From Paralcaligenes ureilyticus (GTDB taxonomy: Bacteria > Pseudomonadota > Gammaproteobacteria > Burkholderiales > Burkholderiaceae_B): a stretch of DNA of 24,000 nt. The notes under the pieces were generated by a model that was not told the DNA's origin, ran no database searches, and was given only the letters and a program-made list of their open reading frames with translations. The DNA lies in NCBI RefSeq assembly GCF_004346225.1, contig NZ_SMAJ01000002.1:403417-427416 (forward strand), given 5' to 3'. The translations under genes were made by a program, and so were the position numbers. This document shows positions 15,807 to 23,572 of the stretch, piece by piece (within the stretch, counting starts at the first letter, position 1; every line of letters starts with the position of its first letter).

Positions 15807-16201
15807 GCCTAAAAAGAAACCATCAGACGCAAACATGCCGTCAACATGAAAACCGAATAAATTGTTCCCGATGTAATAGAGTATGTACTCAAGAAGAAGG
15901 AATTGACAAATGAAAATCGCTAAAATTATCATGCTAACCGTATAAAATCGCTACGATAATGCCAAAAACAAGAACATAGCTTACTCATACACAACACGTT
16001 AATTAAACCTGAAAGTATCGGCGTTCATCTGGCCACGATTAATTGGGACGAATGCAGAAAACATATTGCGATGCAATGTTGTATTGATTAACCTTTGACG
16101 ATTTTCGAACCACTCGACGCGACAATGCCAAAAACCCAATGATTTTTGGGGCCTCGAAGGCTCCGAAACTTGAATAAAAACCGTATAACGGAAGAATTAA
16201 A
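15807..16201 (+). promoter_or_regulatory. AT-rich intergenic region upstream of the LuxR-type regulator, containing direct repeats
   Basis: My hand count gives about 37% G+C over 15841-16200, against clearly GC-richer flanks. AAAATCGCTA occurs at 15913-15922 and 15944-15953. CGAYAATGCCAAAAAC occurs at 15954-15969 and 16120-16135 (15 of 16 identical). No credible ORF. Confidence 0.5.
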
Positions 16202-17008
16202 ATGATCAAAATCATTGTAATTGAACCGCAACACTTGCTTCGGCTTGGAATCATGCAGGTTCTGGCTGCCATAGAACCTGACGCTCAAATCGAAGGAGTC
16301 GACTACAGCTTCACCGCGCATGAGGCACCGGCCGACCGGGAAGTGGACCTGGCCGTCGTTTCCGTCTCATCGGCACAGGAAATGACCGGGTTGGTACAAG
16401 CCGCAAAACGCGTATATTCCCCCAAATGGACTCTGCTATTGTCCGATACCGCAACAGCACCGAACTGCTTGCTGGATTTTCCAGCCGTTATCGCGGGGTG
16501 CATCAACAAACACGCGTCTCCCGAGGTGCTGGCTGCATCCATCAAATTGATCTTGTTGGGAGGGAGCTGTTTTCCGGCGCCAACCAAAAGCGACGCATTC
16601 ACGCCCATGAGCAACAGTGCGGCGGTGGCGCCGCCCATGATGCTGCAGACCGACCTCAATCCCGCCGCCCAATTCGTCCCGTCAGATCCGGCCTGCAAAC
16701 CCATTTATATTCCGGCCCAGATCCGCTCGGAAAACAAGCCGTCAACGATGACAAATGCCGAGGCAAAGATGCTGAACATCACTCAGCGTCAATACGAAGT
16801 ATTGGTGCTCCTGGCGCGAGGCTATCCCATCAAAACCGTCAGCCGGCACCTGAATATTTCGGTAGCAACGGCCAAGGCGCACACTGAAACGCTGTATCAG
16901 CGCCTGGACGTACACAATAGAAACGAGGCTGTATACGCCGCTATCTCTCGTGGCGCGTCGCTAGGCTGGACGCACACGGAAGCCGACGGCCATGCGCAGG
17001 CGGCATAG
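16202..17008 (+). CDS. LuxR/FixJ-family transcriptional regulator with a degenerate (pseudo-)receiver domain; candidate CsgD analogue
   Basis: 268 aa. The N-terminal ~125 aa align to NarL/FixJ-type receivers, but E8-P9 replace the acidic pair and S54 sits at the phospho-acceptor position (VDLAVVSVS versus DLILLDLNMP in NarL). S81 and K103 are retained. A ~65-aa Pro/Ala/Ser-rich linker follows. The C-terminal GerE/LuxR HTH reads ITQRQYEVLVLLARGYPIKTVSRHLNISVATAKAHTETLYQRLDVHNRNEAV. Confidence 0.85.
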   Translation: MIKIIVIEPQHLLRLGIMQVLAAIEPDAQIEGVDYSFTAHEAPADREVDLAVVSVSSAQEMTGLVQAAKRVYSPKWTLLLSDTATAPNCLLDFPAVIAGCINKHASPEVLAASIKLILLGGSCFPAPTKSDAFTPMSNSAAVAPPMMLQTDLNPAAQFVPSDPACKPIYIPAQIRSENKPSTMTNAEAKMLNITQRQYEVLVLLARGYPIKTVSRHLNISVATAKAHTETLYQRLDVHNRNEAVYAAISRGASLGWTHTEADGHAQAA

Positions 17009-17023
17009 GCGCGCCTATGCCGC
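17000..17023. terminator. Perfect 24-bp palindrome spanning the stop codons of two convergent genes; putative bidirectional terminator hairpin
   Basis: GCGGCATAGGCG|CGCCTATGCCGC. The TAG of the LuxR gene (17006-17008) and the TAG of the CoA-transferase gene (complement of 17015-17017) occupy mirror positions in the two arms. Confidence 0.4.
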
Positions 17024-18238
17024 GGCGCCGCTGGCCAGCATTGCGTCGATATCGGCCGCGTTCAAGCCTGCCTCACCAAGGATTTCCCGGGTGTGCTCGC
17101 CCAATTTTGGCGCACTGCGGCGTATGCTCAGTGGAGTTTTAGAGTACGAACCGATAGGCGCAGGAGTGCGAATCGCACCTTCGCTGGGATGCTGCAAATC
17201 AACCAGTTGGCCTACCGCTTGCATGTGCGGATCATCGATAAGATCGTCCACGCTATACAAAGGCGACACCGGAATATCAGCCTGCGTAAAACCCTCCAGC
17301 CAATATTCGCTGGTGTGGCCGATCAGGGTTTCGGCGACAAACCGGTAGACCTCGGCAATATGTTCACCCCGGGCCGTGTGGTTGGCAAACACCGGGTCAT
17401 TGGCCAGTTCGGGTCTGCCGATCAGGTCAAAAAATGAGCGCCACTGCTTGTCGTTATAGATCAACAGGCACACGTAGCCATCCGAGGTTGCATAAGGCCG
17501 ACGGTTTTCCGTCAGCATGCGTGCGTAGCCCGACGGCCCGATCGGCGGCTTAAAGGTCTGCCCTCCCAAATGATCGCCCAGCACCAGTTGCGACATGGCC
17601 TCGAACATGGGCACTTCAATTTGCTGGCCCACGCCCGAGGATCGGGCTTGCAGCACGCCGGCCAGCATGGCGATGGCAACGTGCATGCCCACGACACGAT
17701 CGGCCAGCGCCAGAGGCGCGTAGCGCGGTACTTCGCCCGAGCTCTGTTGATATAAAGAAGCCAGGCCTGTCATGCCCTGAATCAGATCATCGTAAGCGGG
17801 TTTTCCGGCATAAGGCCCGCGCCCGCCAAAACCGTACGCCCCGACATATACCAGCTTCGGATTGACGCGCTCCACATCGGCATAAGCCAAACCCAGGCGA
17901 GCCATCGCTTGCGGCCGCGTGTTGTACAGCAATACGTCGGCCGTTTTGGCCAATTCCAGGCAAGCATGACGCCCTTGGGGCGTTTTCAAATCCACCACCG
18001 CCGAGCGCTTGTTGCGGTTCAGATGCAAATAAATAGCACCCATGCCCGGATTACGCATCGGGCCCGCCGCACGCATATTGTCGCCCGAAGGCGATTCAAT
18101 CTTGACCACATCGGCCCCGAGATCACCCAGAATCTGCGTGGCAAAAGGCCCCATGATCACCGAGCTTAAATCCAGAACCCGTATTCCCGCCAAAGGGCCT
18201 GTGTTCGAAACAGCCATTGTTTTATCTCCCGTAGCCAA
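17015..18238 (-). CDS. Family III CoA-transferase (CaiB/BaiF family)
   Basis: 407 aa. The N-terminus GPLAGIRVLDLSSVIMGPFATQILGDLGADVVKIESPSGD is typical of the CaiB/BaiF family. Length and overall pattern fit. Substrate unknown. Confidence 0.85.
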   Translation of the reverse strand: MATGDKTMAVSNTGPLAGIRVLDLSSVIMGPFATQILGDLGADVVKIESPSGDNMRAAGPMRNPGMGAIYLHLNRNKRSAVVDLKTPQGRHACLELAKTADVLLYNTRPQAMARLGLAYADVERVNPKLVYVGAYGFGGRGPYAGKPAYDDLIQGMTGLASLYQQSSGEVPRYAPLALADRVVGMHVAIAMLAGVLQARSSGVGQQIEVPMFEAMSQLVLGDHLGGQTFKPPIGPSGYARMLTENRRPYATSDGYVCLLIYNDKQWRSFFDLIGRPELANDPVFANHTARGEHIAEVYRFVAETLIGHTSEYWLEGFTQADIPVSPLYSVDDLIDDPHMQAVGQLVDLQHPSEGAIRTPAPIGSYSKTPLSIRRSAPKLGEHTREILGEAGLNAADIDAMLASGAAA

Positions 18239-18252
18239 TCCGCAAAACGTTG

Positions 18253-18633
18253 TTATCTGACCACCCTGGCCGGATTTTCTTCATAAGGGGGTGAATAGAT
18301 TACCAGCACACGAGCGGGTTCGTCGCTGGTAACCGTGAATACGTGTTTTTCGTCGGCCGCAAAATAACAGCAATCGCCCGGTTCCAACTCGCCGCGCTCG
18401 CCGTTGAACTCTACCACCGCACTGCCGGACAACAGATAGCAAACCTGCTCGATGCCGGGATGCGCATGAGGCAAGGCGCCCTGGTTTTTTTCAATCACCC
18501 CCAGCAACACCTCGACATGCCGGGAACCCACTGTTTCCGGGCCGATAAGCCGACGGTTCAGGGTACCGGTGTGATTGGCCGGATGGTAACCCGGCACTTC
18601 GTTTTCTTTAACAATCCAGCGAGGGTGAGTCAT
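18253..18633 (-). CDS. Cupin domain protein
   Basis: 126 aa with the two cupin motifs (GALPHAHPGIEQVCYLLSG and GDCCYFAADEKHVF). It ends 14 bp upstream of the CoA-transferase gene on the same strand, so the two are probably co-transcribed. Confidence 0.8.
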   Translation of the reverse strand: MTHPRWIVKENEVPGYHPANHTGTLNRRLIGPETVGSRHVEVLLGVIEKNQGALPHAHPGIEQVCYLLSGSAVVEFNGERGELEPGDCCYFAADEKHVFTVTSDEPARVLVIYSPPYEENPARVVR

Positions 18634-18740
18634 GACGGGTTTCCTATGTATCCGAACCGAGCGTCAAACTCCGCTCAGGCCAGCTCTCCAGCGCAGCCAG
18701 CGTTTGAATGATACATCGGTCGACGCACGTCAAGCCGATT

Positions 18741-18800
18741 AAGCCGCCTGTCAGAGCGGCTTCAGTATAGTAGCCGGGCTGCCGAACGTAGCAGCCCGGC
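18741..18800 (+). other. Two consecutive perfect hairpins in the cupin / Bug-gene divergent intergenic region
   Basis: AAGCCGC-N8-GCGGCTT (18741-18762) and GCCGGGCTGC-N8-GCAGCCCGGC (18773-18800). The second ends 30 nt upstream of the TTG start at 18830. Function unknown. Confidence 0.3.
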
Positions 18801-18829
18801 CGTCCACGCTAATTACAAAGGAGATCGTT

Positions 18830-19804
18830 TTGCGTACTTTCAAATTAGGAACATGCGCCCTGCTTGTCGGCACCGCGCTCGTTGCGCTACCAGCATGTGC
18901 CGCCGGCACCTGGCCCGATCACACCATCGTATTCGTAGCGCCGTTTTCCCCTGGCGGAGCCAATGACCTGGTCGCGCGCATCTTCGCCAAAGAAGTCAGC
19001 AAGGAACTCAAACAATCGGTCATTGTCGAAAACCGTCCCGGCGCAGGCGGCGTGGTGGGGGCTGCGCATGTCGCTCATAGCAAACCCGACGGCTATACCT
19101 ACCTCGTGGGCGCAAACGGCACTATCACCAATAGTCTGATCCGCGCCACCCAGCCCTACAAGGATGCGCAGTTGACGCCTGTCGCCCTGATGGGCGTGGC
19201 GCCATCGGTTATCGTCACCAACGCGTCGAACCCGGCGAACAATCTTAAAGAATTCGTGGAAAACGCCAAAAAGAATCACGTCAACCGCATTACTTTCGCG
19301 GTGGCCGGCGTGGGTAGCACACCCGATTTCGTGGGTGAAATGATGAAAGAAGAAACCGGGCTACCGATGCAGGCGATCCCTTACAAAAGCGGCTCCGAAG
19401 ACGTCAATGCGGTGATGGGCAATCAGGTGGACGCCACCTCGGAGGCCAGCATCGTCACATTGCCGCTCGTCAAGGCCGGCAAGCTCAAGGCGCTGGCGAC
19501 AACCTGGGGAGGGAAACTGGCGAGCGCTCCCAATATTAAAACCACGGCTGAAGAAGGCTATCCGAACATCCGGATTGGTCACTGGGAAGGGCTTTTCGCT
19601 CCTACTGGTACACCCGCAACCGTGCTCGATAAAATGAATGCGGCGATACAAAAGGCGGCAAAATCCAAAGAAGTGCTTGATGCCCTGGACAAAAGCAGCA
19701 TCGAGCCTGGCAGGGGCACCCGTGCGGAATTCATCAAATTTACTCAGGATGAGCGCGCGAGGCTGGGTAAAGTCGTGGCCAAAGGCCACATGAAGGCGAG
19801 CTAA
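18830..19804 (+). CDS. Bug-family (TctC-like) tripartite tricarboxylate transporter substrate-binding protein
   Basis: 324 aa. TTG start with AGGAG 6 nt upstream and a signal peptide (ALLVGTALVALPACAAG). Characteristic Bug/TctC motifs are present (FSPGGANDLVARIFA, VENRPGAGG). It is an orphan binding protein, with no tctAB in the window, as is common in Alcaligenaceae. Confidence 0.9.
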   Translation: MRTFKLGTCALLVGTALVALPACAAGTWPDHTIVFVAPFSPGGANDLVARIFAKEVSKELKQSVIVENRPGAGGVVGAAHVAHSKPDGYTYLVGANGTITNSLIRATQPYKDAQLTPVALMGVAPSVIVTNASNPANNLKEFVENAKKNHVNRITFAVAGVGSTPDFVGEMMKEETGLPMQAIPYKSGSEDVNAVMGNQVDATSEASIVTLPLVKAGKLKALATTWGGKLASAPNIKTTAEEGYPNIRIGHWEGLFAPTGTPATVLDKMNAAIQKAAKSKEVLDALDKSSIEPGRGTRAEFIKFTQDERARLGKVVAKGHMKAS

Positions 19805-19843
19805 TCGCCGGAAATTTGCGCGGCTTTCGTTTTTTTAGATGGA

Positions 19844-19958
19844 TGGCAGCCACAAGGGCTGCCGCTACATGAACGACGGATTCGTTTTTGTAGCGGCAGC
19901 CCTTGTGGCTGCCATTTTCGATTCTGTAATCACGTAGCGGCACCCCTTGTGGGTGCCA
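19844..19958. repeat. REP doublet plus a third inverted unit, between convergent genes
   Basis: Units at 19844-19868 (forward), 19890-19914 (reverse; perfect complement, 21-nt spacer) and 19934-19958 (reverse; GGCACCC/GGGTGCC stem variant). Confidence 0.85.
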
Positions 19959-19986
19959 AACACCCACGGCGCAAGCTACCGACCGA

Positions 19987-20544
19987 TCAATACAAACCCA
20001 TTTCCAGCCGCGCCACCTCGCTGATCATATCGCGGCTCCACGGAGGATCCCACACCAGATCAACCGTAACGTCTTCCACTCCATGTATGGCCAAAAGCTT
20101 GGCGCGCGCTTCATCGGCCAGCAAGGTGCCCATGCCGCAGCCGGGAGCGGTCAAGGTCATTTTAACGACAATATTAAAATGAGCGTCTCCCATCTCGCTG
20201 ACCAGGCAGCTATACACCAGGCCCAGGTTGACGATGTCGATGGGGATTTCGGGATCGAAACAAGTCGCCAGCTGTTCCCAGGCGGCCGCTTCGACTGATT
20301 CGGCCGTGGCCGGCCCCTCGGGGGCGTCCATCTCTTCCCGCTCGGCGGCCGACAGACCCAAAGCATCGGCATTGCTGCCATCGATGCGATACAGGTTGCC
20401 GCCCACCAGGACCGTGTAGCTGCCGCCCAACTGCTGCGTAATCTGTGCACGGCTGCCCTCGTCCAGCGTCACCGCCGAACCCCAGGGCACCTGAACTGCC
20501 GCACAATCGCGGGTCAGCTCTACTTCATGCATACGACTGTCCAT
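19987..20544 (-). CDS. sufT: Fe-S cluster assembly protein SufT (DUF59/MIP18 family)
   Basis: 185 aa. N-terminal SufT-type domain (VELTRDCAAVQVPWGSAVTLDEGSRAQITQQLGGSYTV) plus a C-terminal DUF59 domain (CFDPEIPIDIVNLGLVY...MTLTAPGCGMG). Last gene of the suf cluster. Confidence 0.85.
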   Translation of the reverse strand: MDSRMHEVELTRDCAAVQVPWGSAVTLDEGSRAQITQQLGGSYTVLVGGNLYRIDGSNADALGLSAAEREEMDAPEGPATAESVEAAAWEQLATCFDPEIPIDIVNLGLVYSCLVSEMGDAHFNIVVKMTLTAPGCGMGTLLADEARAKLLAIHGVEDVTVDLVWDPPWSRDMISEVARLEMGLY

Positions 20545-20556
20545 TCCATCTCTTCC

Positions 20557-21012
20557 TTATTCCGTTTGCGCCGTCTCGCGCGCCGCAACCAGTGCGTTGT
20601 GCAGCGTGTGCCAGGCCAGCGACGCACACTTGACGCGCGCCGGAAACTCGCGCACTCCCGCCAATACTTCAAGCTTGCCGAAATCGCGGCCTTGCGGCTT
20701 GGTCTGCGTCAGCATCGCGTGCACGTCGTTAAACAGGGCCTCGGCCTGGGCCACCGGCATTCCCTTGACGGCTTCGGTCATCAAAGACGCCGAGGCCGTT
20801 GAAATGGCGCAGCCGTGTCCCACAAAACTGACATCGGCAATCAGGCCATCTTCGGTACGCAAATACACCGTCAGCTGATCGCCGCACAAAGGGTTGTAAC
20901 CCTCGGCCGTATTGGTCGCATCGGCCATGGCATGAAAGTTGCAAGGGTTGCGATTGTGATCGAAGATCACCTCTTGATAGAGTTCGCGCAAATCACCGCC
21001 GAAATCGCTCAT
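20557..21012 (-). CDS. sufU: SUF-system NifU/IscU-like sulfur acceptor/scaffold SufU
   Basis: 151 aa. LYQEVIFDHNRNPCNF, NPLCGD, GHGCAISTASASLMTE and VKCASLAW carry the three conserved Cys in SufU-type spacing. The ATG overlaps the sufS stop. Confidence 0.88.
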   Translation of the reverse strand: MSDFGGDLRELYQEVIFDHNRNPCNFHAMADATNTAEGYNPLCGDQLTVYLRTEDGLIADVSFVGHGCAISTASASLMTEAVKGMPVAQAEALFNDVHAMLTQTKPQGRDFGKLEVLAGVREFPARVKCASLAWHTLHNALVAARETAQTE

Positions 21013-22268
21013 GACCGTTTCTTCCCGCCAAACATATCCTGAGCCTTGTGTATCCCGGCCACCAGCGCATCGATATCGCTTTCAGTGTTATACAAGGCCA
21101 GCGAGGCACGAGCCGTGCCCGGGATGCCAAAGCGCGTCATGACCGGCATGGCGCAGTGATGCCCCGCGCGGATGGCTATCCCTTCGGTATCCAGAATAGT
21201 GCCCAGATCGTGGGGGTGTATGCCATCGAGCACAAAAGACAGAATAGCGGCCTTGTGGGCGGCCGTGCCGATCAGCCGCAAACCCGGTACGCGCAACAGG
21301 GCTTGGGTGCCATAAGCCAGTACGGCCTGCTCGTGAGCGGCAATCCGGCCCATGCCCAGCGCTTGCACATAGGCAATGGCGCTGGCCAGGCCCGCTACAC
21401 CGGCGATATTGGGTGTGCCCGCTTCGAAACGCTGAGGCACGTCGGCGTAGGTGCTGCGTTCAAAGCTGACTGTGCGGATCATGTCGCCGCCGCCTTGCCA
21501 GGGCGGCATGGCGCGCAGCAGTTCATACCGCGCGTACAACGCGCCTGTGCCGGTTGGGCCATATAGCTTATGCCCCGAGAACACATAAAAATCGCAATCC
21601 AGCGCCTGGACATCCACCGCCTGATGCGCCACGGCCTGGGCGCCATCGACCAGCACCTTGGCGCCGACCGCGTGGGCTTGGGCGACAATATCGGCAACAG
21701 GATTGACCGTGCCCAACGCATTGGAGACATGCGCAATAGCCACCAGGCGGGTTTTGGAACCCAGCAAAGACCGGTAGGCGTCCATATCCAGCTCGCCTCG
21801 GTCATTGATAGGCACCACTTTCAGAACCGCGCCCGTCTGTTCGGCCATTAATTGCCAAGGCACGATGTTGGAGTGATGCTCCATGCCGCTGAGTATGATT
21901 TCGTCGCCGGACGCAAGATTGGCCCGGCCCCAACTATAGGCCACCAAATTGATCGCCTCGGTCGTTCCGCGGGTGAAAACAATTTCTTCAGATCGGGCAG
22001 CATTAAGAAAGCCACGTATCTGCTCACGCCCCGCTTCATAAATATCGGTTGCCCGCTGCGACAGCCAGTGCACCCCACGATGAATATTGGCATTATCGTT
22101 GAGATAAAAGTTACGCTCGGTCTCGATCACCACACTGGGCTTTTGCGTGGTCGCGCCGTTATCCAGGTAAACCAGACGCTTGCCGCGCACAGATTGCTGC
22201 AAAATGGGAAAATCTTGCGCCTGTTGCACGCGTTCGGCCGCCAGCGAAAAAATTTCAGGAGCACTCAT
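21009..22268 (-). CDS. sufS: Cysteine desulfurase SufS (class II, PLP-dependent)
   Basis: 419 aa. FPILQQSVRGKRLVYLDNGATTQKP, the PLP-lysine context FSGHKLYGPTG, and the active-site region RAGHHCAMP. Confidence 0.95.
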   Translation of the reverse strand: MSAPEIFSLAAERVQQAQDFPILQQSVRGKRLVYLDNGATTQKPSVVIETERNFYLNDNANIHRGVHWLSQRATDIYEAGREQIRGFLNAARSEEIVFTRGTTEAINLVAYSWGRANLASGDEIILSGMEHHSNIVPWQLMAEQTGAVLKVVPINDRGELDMDAYRSLLGSKTRLVAIAHVSNALGTVNPVADIVAQAHAVGAKVLVDGAQAVAHQAVDVQALDCDFYVFSGHKLYGPTGTGALYARYELLRAMPPWQGGGDMIRTVSFERSTYADVPQRFEAGTPNIAGVAGLASAIAYVQALGMGRIAAHEQAVLAYGTQALLRVPGLRLIGTAAHKAAILSFVLDGIHPHDLGTILDTEGIAIRAGHHCAMPVMTRFGIPGTARASLALYNTESDIDALVAGIHKAQDMFGGKKRS

Positions 22269-23572
22269 GCCAGTTCCTCCAGCATTTCACCGCCGGGCAG
22301 ACGCGCGCGTATGGCCTTCGCCGCGCGGCGGCGCAGGGGCTCCAGCGGAATACGTGCCAAAGCCTCGGCCGCAAACGCATAGGTCAGCAGATTGCGCGCA
22401 TGAGCAACGTCGTAGCCGCGCGTGCGCAAATAAAACAGACTGTCCTCATTGATCTGGCCGACCGTCGCGCCGTGCGCGCATTTGACATCGTCGGCGTAGA
22501 TTTCAAGCTCGGGTCGCGTGTCGGCCTCGGCCATGCGCGACAGCAACAGGTTGTCGGAACGCTGTACGGCGTCGGTGCGGTCAGCGCCTTCGGCCACATA
22601 GATACGGCCGGCAAAGACGCCTCGCGCAGAACCATCGAGTATGCCGCGATAATATTCGCGGCTGGTGCCATGGGGCTTTGCATGATCGATGCGCGTGTGA
22701 TGATCGACATGGCGGCGCCCATTGGCGTAATACAAGCCATTGAGCAAGGTTTCGCAACCGTCGCCATCAAAGCGCGTGCCGATATCCGTACGAGCCAGCC
22801 GGGCGCCGAAAGACAGCGCATGCGAATTGAATACCGAGCCCTTGGTCTGCGTGGTCTCGATGGCCTGCAAATGAAATGCCTGCTCGCCTTCTTCCTGCAA
22901 TTTGGCGTGCGTGATACGGGCACCCGCGCCCAAATGAGAGCGGGTGACCGCATTGGTAAAGGTGACCGCGCCTTCAGCGCCCAGATAATGCTCAACGATC
23001 GTCGCCTGAGAGTTCTCCGCGGCGATGATCAGATTGCGCGGAAAACTGGCGCCCTGCGCGCTGGCAATGAAAACCAGATGAACGGGCGCGTCAAGCGCCA
23101 CGCCAGCGCCCAAGCGAATCACGGCGCCGTCGGTGGCCAAGGCAAGATTAAGCGCCTGGGTGCTGGCGCCATCATCATCGGTGCCCAAAAAAGCTTGCAT
23201 GTCGTCATCGCCGCCATCGAGCAGCGCAGCCAGCGTATCGATGCGCGCACCGTCAGGCAAGGCGCCTGTCTGCGACAGCCCCGACGCATGGCGGCCGTCT
23301 ACAAAGACCAGCCAGTGACCTTCTTCACCCTGACGCAGAGCATCGAGCAGTGCTTTGGAATCGGCCTGAACCTGCGGCGTCTCGAACGTTTGCTGCGCAA
23401 GCAAAGCCAGCGACGTATGGTGCCAGTTTTCCTGCTTGGAATGCGGCCAGCCCTGCTGGGCAAAACGATCGATGGCCCGCTGGCGACAGGCCGAAAGCCA
23501 CGGCGCGCGTGCACCCGGCAACGTGGCAGCGCGACGTTGAAACTCATCTACCCAGGTTTGCACGGCGCTCAT
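22265..23572 (-). CDS. sufD: Fe-S cluster assembly protein SufD
   Basis: 435 aa. The position between sufC and sufS, the SufB/D beta-helix C-terminal region ([32 protein letters not shown]) and 4-nt overlaps on both sides support the call. Confidence 0.9.
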   Translation of the reverse strand: MSAVQTWVDEFQRRAATLPGARAPWLSACRQRAIDRFAQQGWPHSKQENWHHTSLALLAQQTFETPQVQADSKALLDALRQGEEGHWLVFVDGRHASGLSQTGALPDGARIDTLAALLDGGDDDMQAFLGTDDDGASTQALNLALATDGAVIRLGAGVALDAPVHLVFIASAQGASFPRNLIIAAENSQATIVEHYLGAEGAVTFTNAVTRSHLGAGARITHAKLQEEGEQAFHLQAIETTQTKGSVFNSHALSFGARLARTDIGTRFDGDGCETLLNGLYYANGRRHVDHHTRIDHAKPHGTSREYYRGILDGSARGVFAGRIYVAEGADRTDAVQRSDNLLLSRMAEADTRPELEIYADDVKCAHGATVGQINEDSLFYLRTRGYDVAHARNLLTYAFAAEALARIPLEPLRRRAAKAIRARLPGGEMLEELA

